DNA of 64,000 nucleotides from a virus: positions 1 through 64,000 of IMG/VR virus record IMGVR_UViG_3300022188_000008, one strand, 5' to 3'. Positions 39,696 through 50,267 of this stretch are shown in pieces (the stretch's first letter is position 1; every line of letters starts with the position of its first letter). The translations under genes were made by a program, and so were the position numbers. The notes beneath the pieces were generated by a model that did not search any database, was not told the DNA's origin, and was given only the letters and a program-made list of their open reading frames with translations.

Positions 39696-39724
39696 ATTAT
39701 ACTATAAATTTAATTTTTTGTCAA
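39696..39724 (-). promoter_or_regulatory. Consensus sigma70 promoter with upstream palindromic operator (39733-39750)
   Basis: TTGACA-17-TATAAT; TCATAA-N6-TTATGA. Confidence 0.8.
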
Positions 39725-39890
39725 TTATTTTTTCATAATAAAAATTATGAAATTCTGAAGCCCCGCATAAATTCGATATCAGACAACAATGGCCTCGATC
39801 TGAAAATGTTCATATCAGACAAGAATGGCCTCGATATATATTTCATAATTTTTATTATGAAAAAGAGGGCTAAAATGCCCTCGATTTTTT

Positions 39891-42770
39891 TCATAATAAT
39901 TCATAATAGCTAGCTTTAATCCTTTTTAACTCGATTCCGTAGGATTTAAGCCTTGTTATCATATAATCAAATCTAATGTTAGTTTTAAGCAATTCATGGC
40001 CACTTTCGTCTAATAATATAGCTTTTTTGGCGATTCCCTTGCCGGAATCACCAATAATAAAACCAACCTCAATCCATATATCCGGATCAATTCCTTTGAA
40101 TCCAGGAAATTTTTTATATTGATTATTAAGATATTTTTTCTCTTTTTCATAACTTTTATTATGAACCTCGATTTTTTCTATCTGCAGATCATTAAGAATA
40201 TTCTGACAGACAGAAATGACAAAATTGTCCTCAATTTTATGGCCATATACTTCCAGTAATTCGATTTTAGCCTTGATTTCTTGCATAATTTTATCCCTCC
40301 TTAAAATCAATATACGATTATATATCTTGGTATCGGATTGATACCTTTTACTTTTCCCATTGGTGAAATACTATAGCTTTTTGTTTTGGACTATAATAAG
40401 CTATTTTATTATTACTTCTATCAATCCACATTGCAGATCTGCAGGTATTATCATTATTATACTCTGTGAACTCACTGTAAACTTGTTTTCCTGTAGCTTT
40501 GCAATACTTTTCTACCATGTTTTTGGCTTGATTGTAGTCTTTTATACCAGTAAATGCTTGCATGATTTTATCCCTCCTTAAATTCGATATATGATTAATA
40601 ATCAAAAATATATCCAGGCATCTTAATGATACCTGGATATGATATATTTTATTTCTCTTTTTTTAGTCTTCTATAATATGCTAATTCAAAATTTGCTGTA
40701 TGAAAGATATCGTTCATTAGATACCTGGTTTTAAAGTCTAATAGTTCTAGCCTACTTCGATTCTTTCTTACAGGAAAAGTTAATGGATCAAGGCAATATC
40801 TTCTGATTTGTTTTCGGAATATACGCTTGCTATGCCTTATATATAGCTCATTTTCCAGTTCCTTAGCTAGATTATAGTATTCTGGCACTTTGTCGTTATC
40901 AGGCATAGCTTTTATAGCTTCATAACAATCATTGATAATATATTCCAGGCTATTATCATCTAATACTTTCTTGTAATATTCTACTTTTTCCATAACTTCA
41001 CCTCCTATTATTAATGTTTAATCAATTAATCTTAACTCACAAACCGGTATTAATCCGGTTCTTTGGCTATAATATTCCACATATAAGTTATCTATATCTC
41101 CATATATCTTAAAAGACTTATATCTTAAGTTTTTCTTAAGAAATCCCTCTTTTTTTAATGTTTTAATTATCTCTTTGTCGCTTGTATAATCATTAATAGT
41201 TATTGCCATATCTGTCTCAGAAACATTATTAACGTAGTATCCATGTTCGTCACGCCACAAATCATAAGTATAAATTTTATATGTTCTCCTCTTTAACATG
41301 ATTTACCCTCCTTAAATTCATAATAGTTAATAATTAAGCAATTCCTAATATTTCTTTGTTTCTCAATTCGGATTGCCTCATTAAATACCAAACTTGCTCC
41401 TTGGTGACTCCTAGTGTATTGTAATAACGATTGCTAGGAGAATACTCTGGACAAGATATATGCAATATATCCTTTTCCTTATCATAATGTATATTTTCCA
41501 AGCTAAAACTATTGTTTTTCCAGGCATTGAATAATCTCAAGGCAAGTTTACGATGTATTCTATTGGCAGGTACGTCAAAGATTAAACAAATCAATCTATG
41601 ATCTAGTTTAATGTGGTTTGGTCTTACTCTGTAACCGAAGCTGTTATAAATCCGTGTCCAGTATTTTCTGGACTGTATTTTTTGCAGATCTAACACGATA
41701 CGTTTACCTTGTCGAAAATTTGTGATTGTTAGAACTGGAATAGTGGAAAATTTATCTTTTATAGGTTTAATGTATACTATCTTTTTCATGCTTTATATCC
41801 TCCTATGTTTCGTAAATGGTTTGAATCATTAACAGTGTATAGTGTTTTTGTAATATTTACAGTAAATTAAATGCCAGGTTGAAAAACCCAACCTGGCAAA
41901 AAATGTTTATTCTTGTTCGGTAAACTCTTTAAGATTCAAGAGCTTACCAAGAAATACTAACTCGGTATCAGTTACCGAGTTAGCAAGATAGTTAATTCTA
42001 TGTTCTGTTAAATACTTTAATTTGTAAAGCGATGATCTTAATATTCTTTCCTTACTAATACCCTTCCTACGCTTCGGAAACATCCATATAGGTAAAAATA
42101 CTTCGATACGGTCATAGTATCCAATAAGTCTACTCTCTCCTCCTGTAGAGTACAATTTAATGTTTATTTCTTTTGGCATCCACTCTGTTAATTCTAGGAG
42201 TTTATCAGCTAAACATAGCTGATCTTGCAGATCTTTAATCTGCCACATTTTATTAGGATATGTTACATTCAGATGTATTACAGTGGCTTCTAGTTCTTTA
42301 TAGAATTCCTCTCTTGTCATGCTGCACCTCCTTATGGTTAATTAATAACTTCTACCACAAGCCGGTTAGGCTTATGGTATTGGCTTGTAAATTCATGGTA
42401 GATATTATTAAAGTCATCTACCACACTTTCCAGAGGCTTGCTATGTTCCTTAGCAAGCCTTTCAAGCTGGATTTCGATTGCCTCCAGCTTATCCCGTAAA
42501 TTTCTCAATTTTGCAAAGTATTCCACTGTCACCTCCTCTTTGCCGCTGTTATTAATCTGCCTGTACTAGTGCGGCTTAACTGGTACAGACAAAAAGAGGA
42601 CCACATTATACAGCGTGATCCTCTTTGATTATAGCTATTATTTCGTTTCCCATAGTATCCAGTTCCAAGATACTATTGGGAAACAAATAATCCAATACAT
42701 CCAAGTCATCAGAACAAGTTATAGTTGCTCTGATAATTTCATTATTTTCTGTTTGTAACAGATTAATCAT
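39891..42770 (-). CDS. Cluster of small early hypothetical ORFs (39891-40286, 40348-40563, 40649-40993, 41018-41299, 41334-41789, 41907-42320, 42338-42532, 42606-42770)
   Basis: Colinear ORFs with GGAGG RBS; some starts trimmed to the RBS-supported ATG. Confidence 0.6.
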
Positions 42771-42808
42771 TTCGTCACCTCCTATGTCAAATTTTACCAT
42801 TATATATA

Positions 42809-42825
42809 TGCACACACAATGCCAA
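42809..42825 (-). promoter_or_regulatory. sigma54 (-24/-12)-like promoter heading the early operon
   Basis: TTGGCATTGTGTGTGCA gives GG-N10-GC; lies about 25 nt upstream of a GGAGGTGA RBS. Confidence 0.55.
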
Positions 42826-43265
42826 TTTCATAATTTTTTCATAATTTTTTATTTCTTTAATGATATCGATAACTTAAATTCATATCATGAAAAGTGAAAT
42901 AATTTTATTGCACTTAATTGCTGTAGCATTTATGCAACACTACTAATCATGATTTTTTGTGTTTATTTAATGATAACAATACTTTAGCTTCATAGTATCA
43001 AAAAAACAACAATTGTTGTGTTTTTGCTACTATGTAATTTGTTTCCTATTATTTTCTTCGTTTTTCTCGTGTTTTCTCGTTTTTTGGTTATAAGTTATCA
43101 ATATCATTACATTAATCATTACTAGATTTCTGAAAGTGTACTAGGGAATTTTTTTGAGCATTTCTTGTTTTATTAATGATTACAGCAATTTACAAATACT
43201 TAAATATCGCCAATTATAGCTGATTACAGGCAAATAAATTTTTTATGTTTCATATTTACCACATA

Positions 43266-43477
43266 TGCAAATATTTTATTGCACTCAGAACCAGGTGCAA
43301 TTAATTTATTGCATATATCACGATGATGCTACTATCATAACTGCTATAAAATTATTGCAGTTATATTACATTCTGCAACAATATCATAATTATGATTATG
43401 ATATTATGCTTTTGTGCGTGATTTGACGCAGAATGCTGCAATAAAAGTATTGCAGTTAGTGCAATAAATTTATGGCA
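43266..43477. repeat. Cluster of TGCAAT-N6-ATTGCA palindromes
   Basis: Copies at 43266, 43296, 43342, 43437 and 43460 (also 42895), each with at most 1 mismatch. Confidence 0.7.
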
Positions 43478-43552
43478 GTTCTGAGTGTGGGAAAAAAGTA
43501 TGCCAAAATGCCAGGTTTTTTGATAAAAGTGGTGGGGGATGTGCGAGCTAGC

Positions 43553-43900
43553 TATACATAAAATTCATAACAAAAATTATGATAATTTTTTAATAGTTGT
43601 TATACATAAAATCCATAATTTTTGTTATGATAATTTTTTAACAGTTGTTATACATAAAATTCACAACAATAGTTATAAGTAAAATCCATAACAGAAATTA
43701 TGATGTTTTTCTAATAATTACTATGATAATTTTTTAATAATTACTATAATGTTTTTCTAATAATAGTTATAAAAATCATAATAGTTGTTATGATAATTTT
43801 TTAATAATAGCTATACATAAAATCCATAATAAAAGTTATGATAATTTTTAATAATAACTATAAGTAAAACTCATAACAAAAATCATAATAAAAATTATGA
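43553..43900. repeat. AT-rich tandem array (about 48-bp unit) built on (T/C)CATAA-N6-TTATGA palindromes
   Basis: tatacataaaat at 43553, 43601 and 43649; palindromes at 43565, 43613, 43686, 43776, 43824 and 43883. Confidence 0.75.
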
Positions 43901-44038
43901 TACTTTCTTTCTTCAGATATTAATTATATGTTAATTATAACATTATAGGGACGGGGGATTATTTTCCTTCTTCAGGAAAATTATAAAATGACATTAGGGG
44001 ACTTTTTATGAATTCCTCATTGTTTGTATATTTGAGGT

Positions 44039-45613
44039 TTAAGCATAAATATCCAAATGAATAGTTTTCGGGTATAAAGTACTTTGGTTAGATATTCCAT
44101 ATTCTTGCCTTACTGTATTTACAAGATCTATTACTGCATCTCTTAGATCTATATTTTCTGGATATTCTTTTGGATCTATTTCAGATATACTTCCATTGGG
44201 ATTCTTTCCTACTAATGCAAATGCACGTGGTTCATAATCTTTATAAGTTATTTGACAATCTGGGTCGCCAAACCTGCAAATTGCTCTACAGATATCATCA
44301 TCAACACTGCAATCGGGATCATATTCGGACAGCCAATCTATAAACCCAGTTCCATGAATGGTTTTTATTATGTATGCAGATACAGCTATTACAACAGCAT
44401 AATTGTCACTATAGATTGCTGCTATTGGAGACAATTCACCTGTTCCGGCTTCCTCTTTACTTCTATAAGCGCCATTAAATTGCCATCCTGATGCGGTAAT
44501 ATCTCCAACTATACACTGGCAAATATCAGATTTTTGAAAAATATCATAATCTTGTGGGTATCCTTCAGGATACCAAGATGAGATCTCCTCAAATACTCCC
44601 TCACCAATTACTTTATAATAACCAAGAGTTGCATTAGATTGGAAATTTTGGTCATAGGAATCCTCAGCTTGGCAATCGTGTTGTTGTTCAGTGTAGTTGT
44701 ATATTAAATATAAATTCAAATAAGTTCCGAAGAAATTAAAGGCTGTTTTTTCACGGTATGCATAGACATGAGCATTTATGTCTGCACAACAGTTATTAAA
44801 TTCCCCTCCTTCTTCAAAGTTACAACTTTCTCCAGAAGGCATCCATGTAGTTATATCTTGAGTACAATATTCTACAAAACGTGTAGACCCTGTTTGCAAC
44901 ATCTCACAAGGCATGAACCCAGCTTCATAAGGATACCACATACAAAAACTAATTCCACTCCAATAAGTACATTCGACACCTCCATAAGTACCTCTTTCAA
45001 ATATTAAATATTCTGGAGGACAAGTTTCAGGATGAGATCGAGATAAATATCTAATGGCATTGTCTGTAGTCTCTCGGTATCCTTCAGGGCACAACCCTAT
45101 CCTAGAAAGTCGTGATAAATAGTCGATTAAGATCGGGTCTTGGCTAGAGCAAGGAAAGGTTAGTTTTGGGATATCTACGTAATCATTCAATTCTAAATCC
45201 CATAATATAACATAACCATCTATATCTATCTTTAAGATTTCACCACATCTCTTTATTTTATCAGGAAATCCTACACAATAATACTCCCCATTTACAGCAT
45301 ATATCAATACTTTATCATTAACATGAAATGCTGATGCTGGATCTAAGTTCTCAGATTGGCAATTATATATAATCTTAGCACCTGATATCTCAGTTATAGG
45401 CTCTATATCTAAGTGTTCATATTTCTTGTGCTTCTCCAGCTTTCCATAATCAGTTTCATAGTTCCTAGGATAATAAGGTTCATCTAATACAACATCTACA
45501 GTCTTATTATCTCTATCTACTGATGTTATTGTTCCTTCTATAACATCATGCATCAGGACTGCTTCTGCAGGATCTAATTGTATTGTATAAGGATTTTCAG
45601 TGCTTTTTGGCAT
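44039..45613 (-). CDS. Orphan acidic Cys-rich protein, possibly virion tail/spike-related
   Basis: N-terminal GTITSVD..TVDV...AFHVNDKVLI...VGF resembles the OB-fold of spike/baseplate proteins; GAGG RBS. Confidence 0.5.
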   Translation of the reverse strand: MPKSTENPYTIQLDPAEAVLMHDVIEGTITSVDRDNKTVDVVLDEPYYPRNYETDYGKLEKHKKYEHLDIEPITEISGAKIIYNCQSENLDPASAFHVNDKVLIYAVNGEYYCVGFPDKIKRCGEILKIDIDGYVILWDLELNDYVDIPKLTFPCSSQDPILIDYLSRLSRIGLCPEGYRETTDNAIRYLSRSHPETCPPEYLIFERGTYGGVECTYWSGISFCMWYPYEAGFMPCEMLQTGSTRFVEYCTQDITTWMPSGESCNFEEGGEFNNCCADINAHVYAYREKTAFNFFGTYLNLYLIYNYTEQQHDCQAEDSYDQNFQSNATLGYYKVIGEGVFEEISSWYPEGYPQDYDIFQKSDICQCIVGDITASGWQFNGAYRSKEEAGTGELSPIAAIYSDNYAVVIAVSAYIIKTIHGTGFIDWLSEYDPDCSVDDDICRAICRFGDPDCQITYKDYEPRAFALVGKNPNGSISEIDPKEYPENIDLRDAVIDLVNTVRQEYGISNQSTLYPKTIHLDIYA

Positions 45614-45787
45614 ATTTCAGATACCTCTTTTTTAGGGAATAGTATTTTACTCTTAATGCTAAAGTCAAGTTAGGAGTTGAAAATGAGAATCTGATGAGGT
45701 ATAATAGAGAACATGAGTACGTTAGTAGTAAAAACAATTGCAGATGGGGTTGATACCTTTAATAAAAAAAGAGCTGCTACAGGTATC

Positions 45788-45928
45788 TGCAACAGCTCCT
45801 TGACAAAAAAAGGTAGAAAAACCCTGGGAGAAAGACTGGTGAGGTCAGTACCGGACCCAGTTCGCCCTTCCCAGGTCGTCTGCAATCATACTAACATCTC
45901 TTATATTAATTGTCAAGGAGTTTTTGCA
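45788..45928. other. Structured non-coding element bounded by a 19-bp inverted repeat, with an internal minus-strand promoter
   Basis: tgcaacagctccttgacaa / ttgtcaaggagtttttgca; TTGACA(45916)-17-TAGTAT; internal cctggga/tcccagg and actgg/ccagt stems. Confidence 0.5.
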
Positions 45929-46543
45929 CAGGGTGGATGCGGTACTGTTGCCAAATCAGGGGTTGACCGGAGTTGGAGGATTTCCTCTAAAAGGGCGCTC
46001 CTGGGTTGGAATAAACCCGATAAACAGCCTATACGACGGATAATGCAATCCTTCAATTATAATTATAAGAGTAGTACGGTTACTGCTGAGACCGAAACAG
46101 CAGGACAGAGCGCTTGGCCTTGCGATAATAGGCGGCTGATAAAGCGATACTCCTGTTTACCTGAAGTTTTCCTGCCTTTCTCTTCAGGGTTTGTCTTTTT
46201 GCTTCTGGAATCATCTCTTAGAGGTTGCATAAATGCAGCTTTTAAACAACTAAGAGATGTATACAATAAGAGTATAAATATAGATCATAATAAAATTATG
46301 ATTTATAAATTATGGGCATTGTCAATCGCTCTACTACTAACTACACAAAATGCCCATAAATGGATATACATCTACATTCTGTAGATGTATATGCTGACGC
46401 ATTCTATCTTATTGTATTATCCAGAGGTATAACGCCCGAAGTATACTCTTAGAATGAGGATACCTAATAATAGCCTATTATTAGGTATTTTATTATATTT
46501 GAGGGGTTGACAAAGTTCGAATTTATAGTATTAGGGATAATGA

Positions 46544-46572
46544 TTGACAAGCATATAGAAATATAGTACTAT
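46544..46572 (+). promoter_or_regulatory. Promoter of the rightward (late) operon
   Basis: TTGACA-17-TACTAT; a second TTGACA-16-TATTAG at 46507. Confidence 0.65.
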
Positions 46573-46601
46573 TATTTCATAATAAGAAATGAGGTAAAAT
46601 T

Positions 46602-47105
46602 ATGAATTTTGATGTTGATATATATAAAGAAGAGAAAAAAGATAAATCCCTTCCTCAAGTAGTAAGGTTGGGAAAAGTTAAATTAATGCTAGATAAAGGA
46701 CATTCTGTTGCAGAAATTGCTGAGAAATTAGGTATCAGCAAAACTACTGTATATAAAGATGTGCAGTTTTTAAAAAATATAGAAATAGGGGGTATTGATG
46801 AAGAAACGAAAAATTTAAGAAGAATAGAGATAGACGAAGAAATACTAAATCAAATAAAAATAGGTAAAGAGATTATTGAGCTTCATATGTATAAAAAACC
46901 CCATGTTGTAGGGGATATTATGAAAGTTATTTGCAATCTGTTAGAGCTAAGAATGAAATTATGGAAAATGGATGCTCAAACAGTATTATCTGCTTCAGAA
47001 ACAGTACTTGATGGTGAAGAATTATTGCCTGAAGATGTTAAAGATCAGATAGGGGATATGCTAGTAAAACACCTAAGCAAAAAAGAGGTGAAAATAAGTG
47101 TCTAA
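46602..47105 (+). CDS. HTH protein, putative terminase small subunit
   Basis: GHSVAEIAEKLGISKTTVYKD; first gene of the packaging operon. Confidence 0.55.
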   Translation: MNFDVDIYKEEKKDKSLPQVVRLGKVKLMLDKGHSVAEIAEKLGISKTTVYKDVQFLKNIEIGGIDEETKNLRRIEIDEEILNQIKIGKEIIELHMYKKPHVVGDIMKVICNLLELRMKLWKMDAQTVLSASETVLDGEELLPEDVKDQIGDMLVKHLSKKEVKISV

Positions 47106-47634
47106 AAAATACAATATTATCTATGTAGATCCTCCTTGGCCTATAAAACTAATATCAAGAAAGGTGAGACCAAAGCAACTTGATATGCCTTATAGTGTTA
47201 TGACATATGAAGACATATGCAACTTACCTGTGCAGAATATTTGTGACAAAAACGAATGCCATTTATTTCTATGGACAACTCATAAGTGGCTGCCTAAAGC
47301 ATTTTATGTGATGGAATGTTGGGGTTTTAAGTATAATTGCATAATAACTTGGGACAAAACATATGGTTTTACACCATTTAGTTTTATGTGGAGTACAGAG
47401 TTTTTGTTATATGGACAATTGAAAGGGAAATGGAAAAGGCCAAGAGGGGTAGGCAAATTCAAAACATGTTATCAGCATAAGCCAATAGGACACAGCATAA
47501 AACCTCATCTTTTCAGGCAGGTTATTGTAGGATTTTGTGGTGATTTGCCACGTATCGAGCTTTTTGCTCGACAGAAAACACTAGGATGGGATGTGTGGGG
47601 GAACGAGGTAGAATCAGATATAGAGCTAATATGA
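47098..47634 (+). CDS. MT-A70 family N6-adenine methyltransferase
   Basis: IYVDPPW, LFLWTT, WGFKY, HSIKP, RIELFARQ...GWDVWGNE. Confidence 0.92.
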   Translation: MSKKYNIIYVDPPWPIKLISRKVRPKQLDMPYSVMTYEDICNLPVQNICDKNECHLFLWTTHKWLPKAFYVMECWGFKYNCIITWDKTYGFTPFSFMWSTEFLLYGQLKGKWKRPRGVGKFKTCYQHKPIGHSIKPHLFRQVIVGFCGDLPRIELFARQKTLGWDVWGNEVESDIELI

Positions 47635-47652
47635 GGAAGGAGGTGAAAGTAA

Positions 47653-48387
47653 GTGTCTGATATATTCAAGGATATACAGGATAAATGCAGATATTTTAAT
47701 AACCTCGCAATTATTGATGCTTATATTCCTGAAGGAGAAGAGAAAAAGGAATATATTGTTATTTTATTGCATTTATTAAGCGAGAAATTACCTTCTTCAG
47801 AGCTTATGGCAATATGTGAGGATGCTAAAATAGGAGCTGGGTGTTTGTATAATAGTATATTTTTTGAACATTTTGAAGTATTAAAAGAGGAGATATTTGG
47901 CGATGGGAGTATACAAGATACCTTATGAAACATTAATAAAAGTTATAAACCCCGATATAAAACTAATAATAGATGCTATTCTTGAAAATAATGATAGTTT
48001 TGAGTTCAGTAGAGATCCAGTCACAAAGGATATTATTATAAGATGTAAAAATAAACCTAGGGATTCATCAATTTATGGCATTTGTTTTAAGGAGTTAAAG
48101 AGATATTCAGTATAAAGAAAAAAGATAAAATTATGAAAAATTATGAAAACAAACCTGAAGAGCTAAAAGACCTTGTTTTTTGTGAAGATTGTATGCATTT
48201 TCGTGTTAAACAAGATTATGTAGGTGCAGGGTTAGCCTATGAAACTGAAATATGTGAGGCAATTATAAAACTAAAACATAATCATAGAACATATTGGGAA
48301 GAATATGGAGACCCAAAGGAAATAAATAAGGATAATAAATGCCCATATTTTGAACCTAAAAAACATAAAAAATGGAGGTTTAAATAA
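47653..48387 (+). CDS. Three small hypothetical ORFs (47653-47928, 47903-48115, 48133-48387)
   Basis: Colinear ORFs with RBS; the last has Cys motifs. Confidence 0.55.
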
Positions 48388-49220
48388 TGTTAACTTTTTA
48401 CCATAATATTGATTTAGATGGAAAATGTTCAGGATATGTTGTTAAAAGAGCACATCCTGATTGTAATTTATATGGAATAGACTACGGAGATGACTTTCCT
48501 TGGGATATCGTTGAAAAACATAATACTATTGTTATGGTTGATTTCTCTCTTCAGCCATTTTCAGAAATGGAGAAATTAGCCAATAAATGCGAAAAACTTA
48601 TATGGATAGATCATCATAAATCAGCTATTGATGAATATTTGAAAACTACAATCACTACTGAGGGAATATTGAGGGATGGTATTGGTGCCTGTCAGCTCTG
48701 TTGGGAGTATTTCTTTCCTACAGAATCAGTTCCTTATTTTATTAAGCTATTAGCAGAATATGATGTCTGGTGGTTCAGGAATCCAGACACCCTTCCTTTT
48801 CAGTATGGTCTTAGGTTAGAAAATACCAACCCTTATAATTTACCTCTTTGGGAGTCTCTTTTTGAACGGCCTATAGTGAGAGAAGTTATAAAGAGAGGTG
48901 AAACAGTATTGAGGTATGAAGAAATAATAAATGAAAGATATGTAAAATCCAGAGGATTTGAATTGGAATGGGAAGGATTGAAGTTTATTTGTTGTAATAA
49001 AGGACTTACAAATTCAAAATTATTCGATTCTATCTGGGATACAACTAAATATGATGCGATGATGACTTTTTGCATGTTAGATCCAGAAAGAGGATGGACT
49101 GTATCTCTTTACTCAGATAAGTCTGATGTTGATGTTTCAAAGATAGCTAAAAAATATGGTGGTGGAGGACATAAAGGAGCAGCAGGTTTTCAATGCAAAA
49201 CTCTACCATTTGTACAATAA
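48387..49220 (+). CDS. DHH/DHHA1 phosphoesterase
   Basis: YHNIDLDG, MVDFS, WIDHH, GGGGHKGAAGF. Confidence 0.9.
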   Translation: MLTFYHNIDLDGKCSGYVVKRAHPDCNLYGIDYGDDFPWDIVEKHNTIVMVDFSLQPFSEMEKLANKCEKLIWIDHHKSAIDEYLKTTITTEGILRDGIGACQLCWEYFFPTESVPYFIKLLAEYDVWWFRNPDTLPFQYGLRLENTNPYNLPLWESLFERPIVREVIKRGETVLRYEEIINERYVKSRGFELEWEGLKFICCNKGLTNSKLFDSIWDTTKYDAMMTFCMLDPERGWTVSLYSDKSDVDVSKIAKKYGGGGHKGAAGFQCKTLPFVQ

Positions 49221-49230
49221 GAGGAAGTAT

Positions 49231-49788
49231 ATGGATATAGAACAAAAATATAAACTCCTAAAAAAACGATTCGGGGAGAAATATACAAACAGACTAATTA
49301 GAGCATATGAAGGCAAGGAAACTATAACTTCTATAGCTAAGGACTATAATAAATCCAGACAGGCTGTTTCAGCAGTTATAATACGTTATTTAGGATATAA
49401 AAAAAGAGCTAATTCTCTTACTAGAGAAGAAAGAATAAACAGATTCATAGATCAAAAATTAAAAGTTTACCCCTCTCTTTGGGAGCAACTGCTTCTGTTA
49501 AAAGATGTATTATTATCTATAGAAGAGGGAAAATTAAAAAAAGTAAAACAGGGAACAGCTTTTGTAGTTAAAGATAAGGAATTTCGTTTTAAATTTAGAT
49601 CCAGTTTGAAAAACTTCAATTGGTTATCTTTATGGGTTACAAAGCCTGAATTAGCAGATTATTACATTATTACTACTTTTAAAGGAATCGCAATTAAATT
49701 CCTTTCCTTTAGAAATACATCCATGAATGCCAAAGAATTTAGTATGAATAAAGAAAGAATAATTAGATTATTGTATGAGGTTAAATGA
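49231..49788 (+). CDS. HTH-containing hypothetical protein (likely start MDIEQ)
   Basis: TITSIAKDYNKSRQAVS; GAGG RBS. Confidence 0.55.
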   Translation: MDIEQKYKLLKKRFGEKYTNRLIRAYEGKETITSIAKDYNKSRQAVSAVIIRYLGYKKRANSLTREERINRFIDQKLKVYPSLWEQLLLLKDVLLSIEEGKLKKVKQGTAFVVKDKEFRFKFRSSLKNFNWLSLWVTKPELADYYIITTFKGIAIKFLSFRNTSMNAKEFSMNKERIIRLLYEVK

Positions 49789-50267
49789 CAGTAAAAAGAC
49801 GTAAAGACAAAACTAATTTACTTGATTGTTTTAAGTTAAAAACTTGGGATAAGAAGTATTATTATCATGTTTTTGTATGGAAAGATTTAAATAGCCTTAG
49901 AGCTAATTCTCTTGACTCAGAGGATGCTATTGCAGTTGTTAATCATGAACCTGAAATTTTTAGGATATACAAAGATAAGCCTGATGAGAAAATTATAAGA
50001 CCTAAGCTAGGAGAAGTACATATAACTATCGAATACTTTGATGAAGGTGTTGTTGCTCATGAATTACTTCATGCAATGTTTAATAGGATTAGAACTATAA
50101 ATAATCCTACATATAAGCAATTAGAGGAACAAGAATATATAAAAGTTGGTGATACAGATTATATGTGTGAAGAAATAATATGTTATGAATTCAGTGATTG
50201 GTTTATCAAGACTTATAGAAGGATTTTTGATTTGTGGAAAGAACATAAGGAGTATATAAATGATTAA
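49785..50267 (+). CDS. Putative zinc metallopeptidase-like protein
   Basis: VAHELLHA (HExxH) with a downstream EE. Confidence 0.5.
   Translation: MTVKRRKDKTNLLDCFKLKTWDKKYYYHVFVWKDLNSLRANSLDSEDAIAVVNHEPEIFRIYKDKPDEKIIRPKLGEVHITIEYFDEGVVAHELLHAMFNRIRTINNPTYKQLEEQEYIKVGDTDYMCEEIICYEFSDWFIKTYRRIFDLWKEHKEYIND

Noticed and set aside
964-42499. Numerous plus-strand ORFs within the leftward arm, and minus-strand ORFs within the rightward arm (e.g. 62706-63575)
   Set aside because: Antisense shadows of well-supported genes; F/S/L-rich, no RBS
43553-43900. CRISPR array
   Set aside because: Degenerate tandem AT-rich units without unique spacers
45713-46384. 223-aa CDS or transposase remnant
   Set aside because: Atypical composition, no recognisable motif, weak RBS, overlaps structured inverted repeats
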